A stretch of 62,062 nucleotides of DNA from a virus (lineage: Duplodnaviria > Caudoviricetes). The notes beneath the pieces are model-generated. The model saw nothing but the letters and a program-made list of their open reading frames with translations. It was not told where the DNA came from and did not search any database. Positions 59,277 through 62,062 of the stretch are shown here, piece after piece (position 1 is the first letter of the stretch; every line of letters begins with the position of its first letter). The position numbers and the translations under genes were made by a program. The stretch is taken from IMG/VR virus record IMGVR_UViG_3300010354_000091, positions 1-62,062 of that record; one strand, 5' to 3'.

Positions 59277-59459
59277 TCAGTTACCGAAGAAAGCATCAAA
59301 CTCATCTGCGATCTGATCAATCAGTTCATCAGTTGCATCAAGGTCAAATACATCACAAACCCAATCTACAGCATCATTTAGGTCTGTGTGATTGTTGCAC
59401 ATAAACTCACGAAGTGCAGGTGCAATTTGATCTTGGAAGTCGATTTGAGTGGTATTCAT
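59277..59459 (-). CDS. Hypothetical acidic protein, 60 aa
   Basis: ATG is the end of repeat copy E. Confidence 0.75.
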   Translation of the reverse strand: MNTTQIDFQDQIAPALREFMCNNHTDLNDAVDWVCDVFDLDATDELIDQIADEFDAFFGN

Positions 59460-59491
59460 ACTATAGGGGCAATTTCAAGGCCCCCATGTTT
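59457..59491 (-). repeat. Gene-junction palindromic repeat, copy E
   Basis: AAACATGGGGGCCTTGAAATTGCCCCTATAGTATG; overlaps the upstream TAA and ends in the downstream ATG. Confidence 0.94.
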
Positions 59492-59756
59492 AATTCACTG
59501 TGAAATAGGTTCCGTTTGCCTTATTCAGTGTGATAAGTTTCTCTTGAATGTCATTGAGTCCATCTTCATCTTGTTCATCAACTGCTTCACATTCAGTCCA
59601 ATCATCTAACCGAATCGCACCCGATTCACTGATGGGAGTATAATACAGTGTGCCTTCATCATCAATCGAATAGGCACAACCATGACCTTCACAAGTGTAG
59701 ATAATCATTTCGGTGGTTTGAGTCATTTTTGCAGTAGGATTAGGAAGGGAAATCAT
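59490..59756 (-). CDS. Hypothetical protein, up to 88 aa
   Basis: ORF track. Confidence 0.7.
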   Translation of the reverse strand: MISLPNPTAKMTQTTEMIIYTCEGHGCAYSIDDEGTLYYTPISESGAIRLDDWTECEAVDEQDEDGLNDIQEKLITLNKANGTYFTVN

Positions 59757-59759
59757 TTC

Positions 59760-59930
59760 TCAGTCAACAACAGAGTAACAAGCAACAGAGGAAGGAATCC
59801 CACTTAGTGATAACGAACCATTGCGGGCATCGCAATAGTCTTGTGCCTCATCTTCAGAGTAGAAAGGTCCAATATACTCAGGAGAATTGAGTGCATTAGA
59901 ATCGAATCGGACGGTGAAGGTGTTTGTCAT
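59760..59930 (-). CDS. Hypothetical protein, 56 aa
   Basis: Manual ORF: MTNTFTVRFDSNALNSPEYIGPFYSEDEAQDYCD...; its only ATG is the end of repeat copy F. Confidence 0.75.
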   Translation of the reverse strand: MTNTFTVRFDSNALNSPEYIGPFYSEDEAQDYCDARNGSLSLSGIPSSVACYSVVD

Positions 59931-59962
59931 ACTATAGGTGCAATTTCAAGGCCCCCATGTTT
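59928..59962 (-). repeat. Gene-junction palindromic repeat, copy F
   Basis: AAACATGGGGGCCTTGAAATTGCACCTATAGTATG. Confidence 0.94.
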
Positions 59963-59965
59963 CAA

Positions 59966-60130
59966 TCACCCAGGAAGATCAAACTTCATTCTTATCATGT
60001 CTTTCTGACATCTTTCAATCTTTTCATATACATCCACAAACAATTCGCAGAGGTTGTGTAGATCTACATTCTGTCCATCAGGTGCTAGAAACTCACGAAT
60101 GGTATTGTATTTTTCTTGTGATGCTGTCAT
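59966..60130 (-). CDS. Hypothetical protein, 54 aa
   Basis: Manual ORF: MTASQEKYNTIREFLAPDGQNVDL...; ATGA overlap with the upstream gene. Confidence 0.7.
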   Translation of the reverse strand: MTASQEKYNTIREFLAPDGQNVDLHNLCELFVDVYEKIERCQKDMIRMKFDLPG

Positions 60131-60417
60131 ACAAAACACTGCTCCAAAATTGTCAGTTTAGGTGGTTCCATTCCACTATAAGGAGTGGTGGTATTCTTCA
60201 CGTCTTGAATCTCTTTCCCCATGTCCTTGTAATTTATAGGACGATAGAACTTACCTGTCTTGGTGTTGAAGAATCCCCAGCAACAACGGACAATTTTTCC
60301 ATTGTTGTAATCGAACTTTCTATCGTAAACAACTACAATTCTAACTATGTTGCGTTTATACTCCTCAACTTCATAATGAGTTTGTGTGGGAGGTTGATGT
60401 GGAAAATTGATTTTCAT
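60127..60417 (-). CDS. Hypothetical phage protein (FPH.PP...WGF...TTPYSGM)
   Basis: 96 aa from ATG 60417. Confidence 0.75.
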   Translation of the reverse strand: MKINFPHQPPTQTHYEVEEYKRNIVRIVVVYDRKFDYNNGKIVRCCWGFFNTKTGKFYRPINYKDMGKEIQDVKNTTTPYSGMEPPKLTILEQCFV

Positions 60418-60448
60418 AGTCAAATAATAATACAAAAAGTTTAATTTG

Positions 60449-61048
60449 TCAAGATAAGTGGGACACTATTCTTGCTGTCCATCCTTTATGTTGTCTGTAT
60501 TTTCCAGTAATTACACTATGTAAACATCCAGCATTTAATCCATTGTCTCTACAAAATTGTTTAAGGTTATTTGATTGATATTGTCTTCCATCTGGACTTG
60601 TAAAAATATAATTATATTTACACCTCAACTCAATTTGTTCTTTTGTCAATTTAACTCCTAGTCTTGAAGGTGGTTTAATGTTTTTTCTCTTTAATGTATC
60701 TCTAATTTTATTTTTTATCTCTCCAGTAAATGTGTAATTCTTTCTTCCTTCAAATAAAGCATTTTTATGCTCATCACTCAATGGTCTCCCTGATGTTCCC
60801 TCTCCACCATTAGTTTTGTTTCTTAAAATACCTGTCCCCAAGTCTTTTCTACCTAAGATAGAAATCATATAAACTTCATGCTTAAATGCTTCTTCTTCTA
60901 TTAGGTTATTTTTTAGAATTAAAACTCTTTCTTTTTTAGGAACACCTACAGTGTGATTTTTATCATATAAACGATAATTTTTCCCCTTACCAATATAATA
61001 AGGAGTTCCGTCTTCACGCAAATATGCGTAAGTGTAATAATTAGTCAT
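60449..61048 (-). CDS. GIY-YIG-like homing endonuclease with a NUMOD3-like segment
   Basis: YYTYAYLREDGTPYYIGKG...R, LRNKTNGGEG and C-terminal NLKQFCRDNGL...HKGW motifs. Confidence 0.85.
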   Translation of the reverse strand: MTNYYTYAYLREDGTPYYIGKGKNYRLYDKNHTVGVPKKERVLILKNNLIEEEAFKHEVYMISILGRKDLGTGILRNKTNGGEGTSGRPLSDEHKNALFEGRKNYTFTGEIKNKIRDTLKRKNIKPPSRLGVKLTKEQIELRCKYNYIFTSPDGRQYQSNNLKQFCRDNGLNAGCLHSVITGKYRQHKGWTARIVSHLS

Positions 61049-61145
61049 TGCTTTTAACTAACCGCATTAGTATTTATATTACAAAGGAGGAGATTTCTCT
61101 CCTCCAACCTTACAGATTGCGGTCAGTTAAGGCACCATTATTTAT
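61049..61145 (-). promoter_or_regulatory. Structured control region of the endonuclease gene: two late promoters, terminator hairpin, long-range inverted repeat
   Basis: ATAAATA 61139-61145; arm 61118-61134; GGAGGAGA-GAAA-TCTCCTCC 61086-61105; TATAAATA 61071-61078; complementary arm 61049-61066. Confidence 0.75.
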
Positions 61146-61318
61146 CACTCAACGCGAACTCCAATCACATCACAAGATTGCGAATCGTCAAACCATTCAT
61201 GAAACTCACTCATGATTGCTTCTGCTGTATCATATTCTCCCAATTCTAGGAGATAAGTAACTCTTTTGTCAACCTCACTTTTCACTCTTTCAACTAGATC
61301 ATAATAATGCTTTTTCAT
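61145..61318 (-). CDS. Hypothetical protein, 57 aa
   Basis: From ATG 61318 (MKKHYYDL) with AAGGA Shine-Dalgarno. Confidence 0.7.
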   Translation of the reverse strand: MKKHYYDLVERVKSEVDKRVTYLLELGEYDTAEAIMSEFHEWFDDSQSCDVIGVRVE

Positions 61319-61349
61319 GTGAATCCTTATACTTTGAAAAAAATTGACG

Positions 61350-61455
61350 ATTTTACTGCGAAGAATGACCCATAGCACCCTCACAGTAAAATTGCAGAAA
61401 AATCGGGTTTTTGGTCTAGTGGTGGATAGTGTTCTCAGTGAGACTTAAATGAGAA
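61350..61455 (-). other. Structured intergenic element, possible ncRNA or cis-RNA
   Basis: About 15-17-bp stem at 61350-61392 with G-U pairs on the minus strand; second short hairpin TTCTCA...TGAGAA. Confidence 0.5.
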
Positions 61456-61650
61456 TCACAGAGTTTGCCAACCTTGTGCTTCTTTGACATCAGAATCATA
61501 ATACTTTTGTATGATACTGTCAATCACAGAATACCATTCAGAGTTACCACTAGGATACCCACATTCTCGTGCTCGATTCAGAAACCATAAGATACAAGTT
61601 TCTTCATCCCTAGTGAAATGTACGCGGTTGAGTGTATAACCAGTGTTCAT
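61456..61650 (-). CDS. Hypothetical protein, 64 aa
   Basis: ORF track. Confidence 0.7.
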   Translation of the reverse strand: MNTGYTLNRVHFTRDEETCILWFLNRARECGYPSGNSEWYSVIDSIIQKYYDSDVKEAQGWQTL

Positions 61651-61653
61651 AAT

Positions 61654-61815
61654 TCAAACAGTTGGAGTTACATCAATTTCTTTAATGTTTAGACCACAGA
61701 GTTGTTCATAAACTCGGTTGAGAATAATTTTAGCAGCAGTCTTTGCTTTGGATTTCTCATACCAGATGGTGCAAAGACCATCAAATGTTTCAACATAAAT
61801 GCGATAGTTTTTCAT
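61654..61815 (-). CDS. Hypothetical protein, 53 aa
   Basis: Manual ORF: MKNYRIYVETFDGLCTIWYEKSKAK... Confidence 0.7.
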   Translation of the reverse strand: MKNYRIYVETFDGLCTIWYEKSKAKTAAKIILNRVYEQLCGLNIKEIDVTPTV

Positions 61816-61818
61816 TTC

Positions 61819-62062
61819 TTAAACTCCAAGAAGTTCGCGCTGTTCAGGTGTGAGAGAATTGATGAGTTCTTTACGCTTTTGTGCTTTCTCTTCTTTTTGC
61901 CTTTGCTCTTCTAGTTTCTCATCAAGAATAGTCATCATATTGCTAAACTCATAATCACCTTCTTGCCAAGTAGATTCACTCTCATTTGTGATGAAAAGTT
62001 TATTGGAATACCATTCATTATCATCCCACCAGTTATAACGGATTTCTACAATAAACCCATCA
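61819..62062 (-). CDS. Hypothetical protein, 3' part (start lies outside the window)
   Basis: Open frame ending KRKELINSLTPEQRELLGV*. Confidence 0.7.
   Translation of the reverse strand, partial: DGFIVEIRYNWWDDNEWYSNKLFITNESESTWQEGDYEFSNMMTILDEKLEEQRQKEEKAQKRKELINSLTPEQRELLGV

Noticed and set aside
55712-59962. CRISPR array interpretation of the ~35-bp repeats
   Set aside because: Intervals are 0.4-1.9 kb, unequal and filled with intact ORFs; no cas genes are present.
59938-60444. 168-aa plus-strand ORF starting within element F
   Set aside because: Antisense to two coupled minus-strand genes, with no recognisable motifs or ribosome-binding site.
1-62062. tRNA or rRNA genes
   Set aside because: No cloverleaf/T-loop signatures or rRNA-like stretches were seen by eye; a tRNAscan run would be needed to exclude them formally.

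Overview
62-kb piece of a T4-like myovirus genome. Gene content, gene order and the GIGT/GIST/GITT-rich virion proteins point to a large cyanophage (Kyanoviridae-type); host and lineage are inferred. Nearly all genes are on the minus strand. Reading right to left: (i) 54.4-62 kb, an early-type region of about 25 tiny hypothetical genes plus three homing-endonuclease genes; (ii) a glycosyltransferase-like gene and small conserved genes; (iii) baseplate gp25-gp6-gp7 (4001 aa)-gp8 and a 2530-aa VrlC-like protein; (iv) neck/tail gp13-gp14-gp15 and terminase gp16; (v) a ~13-kb variable island between g16 and g17 with fibre genes, two 2OG-Fe(II) oxygenases and probable internal head proteins; (vi) gp17-gp18-gp19-gp20-gp21-gp22 and the 5' part of gp23. 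The most striking unexplained feature is six copies of a ~35-bp imperfect palindrome (minus-strand consensus AACATGGGGGCCTTNAAATTGYMCCTRTWGTRT). In five of the six copies it starts 0-6 nt after a stop codon, and in four it ends directly in the next ATG, dividing the early region into cassette-like units. Other candidates: inward-facing 26-bp repeats around a 52-aa ORF, palindrome-embedded late promoters, a possible antisense-RNA control element for an endonuclease, and a 739-aa possible protease-processed capsid polyprotein. All assignments come from reading the sequence; no searches were run.
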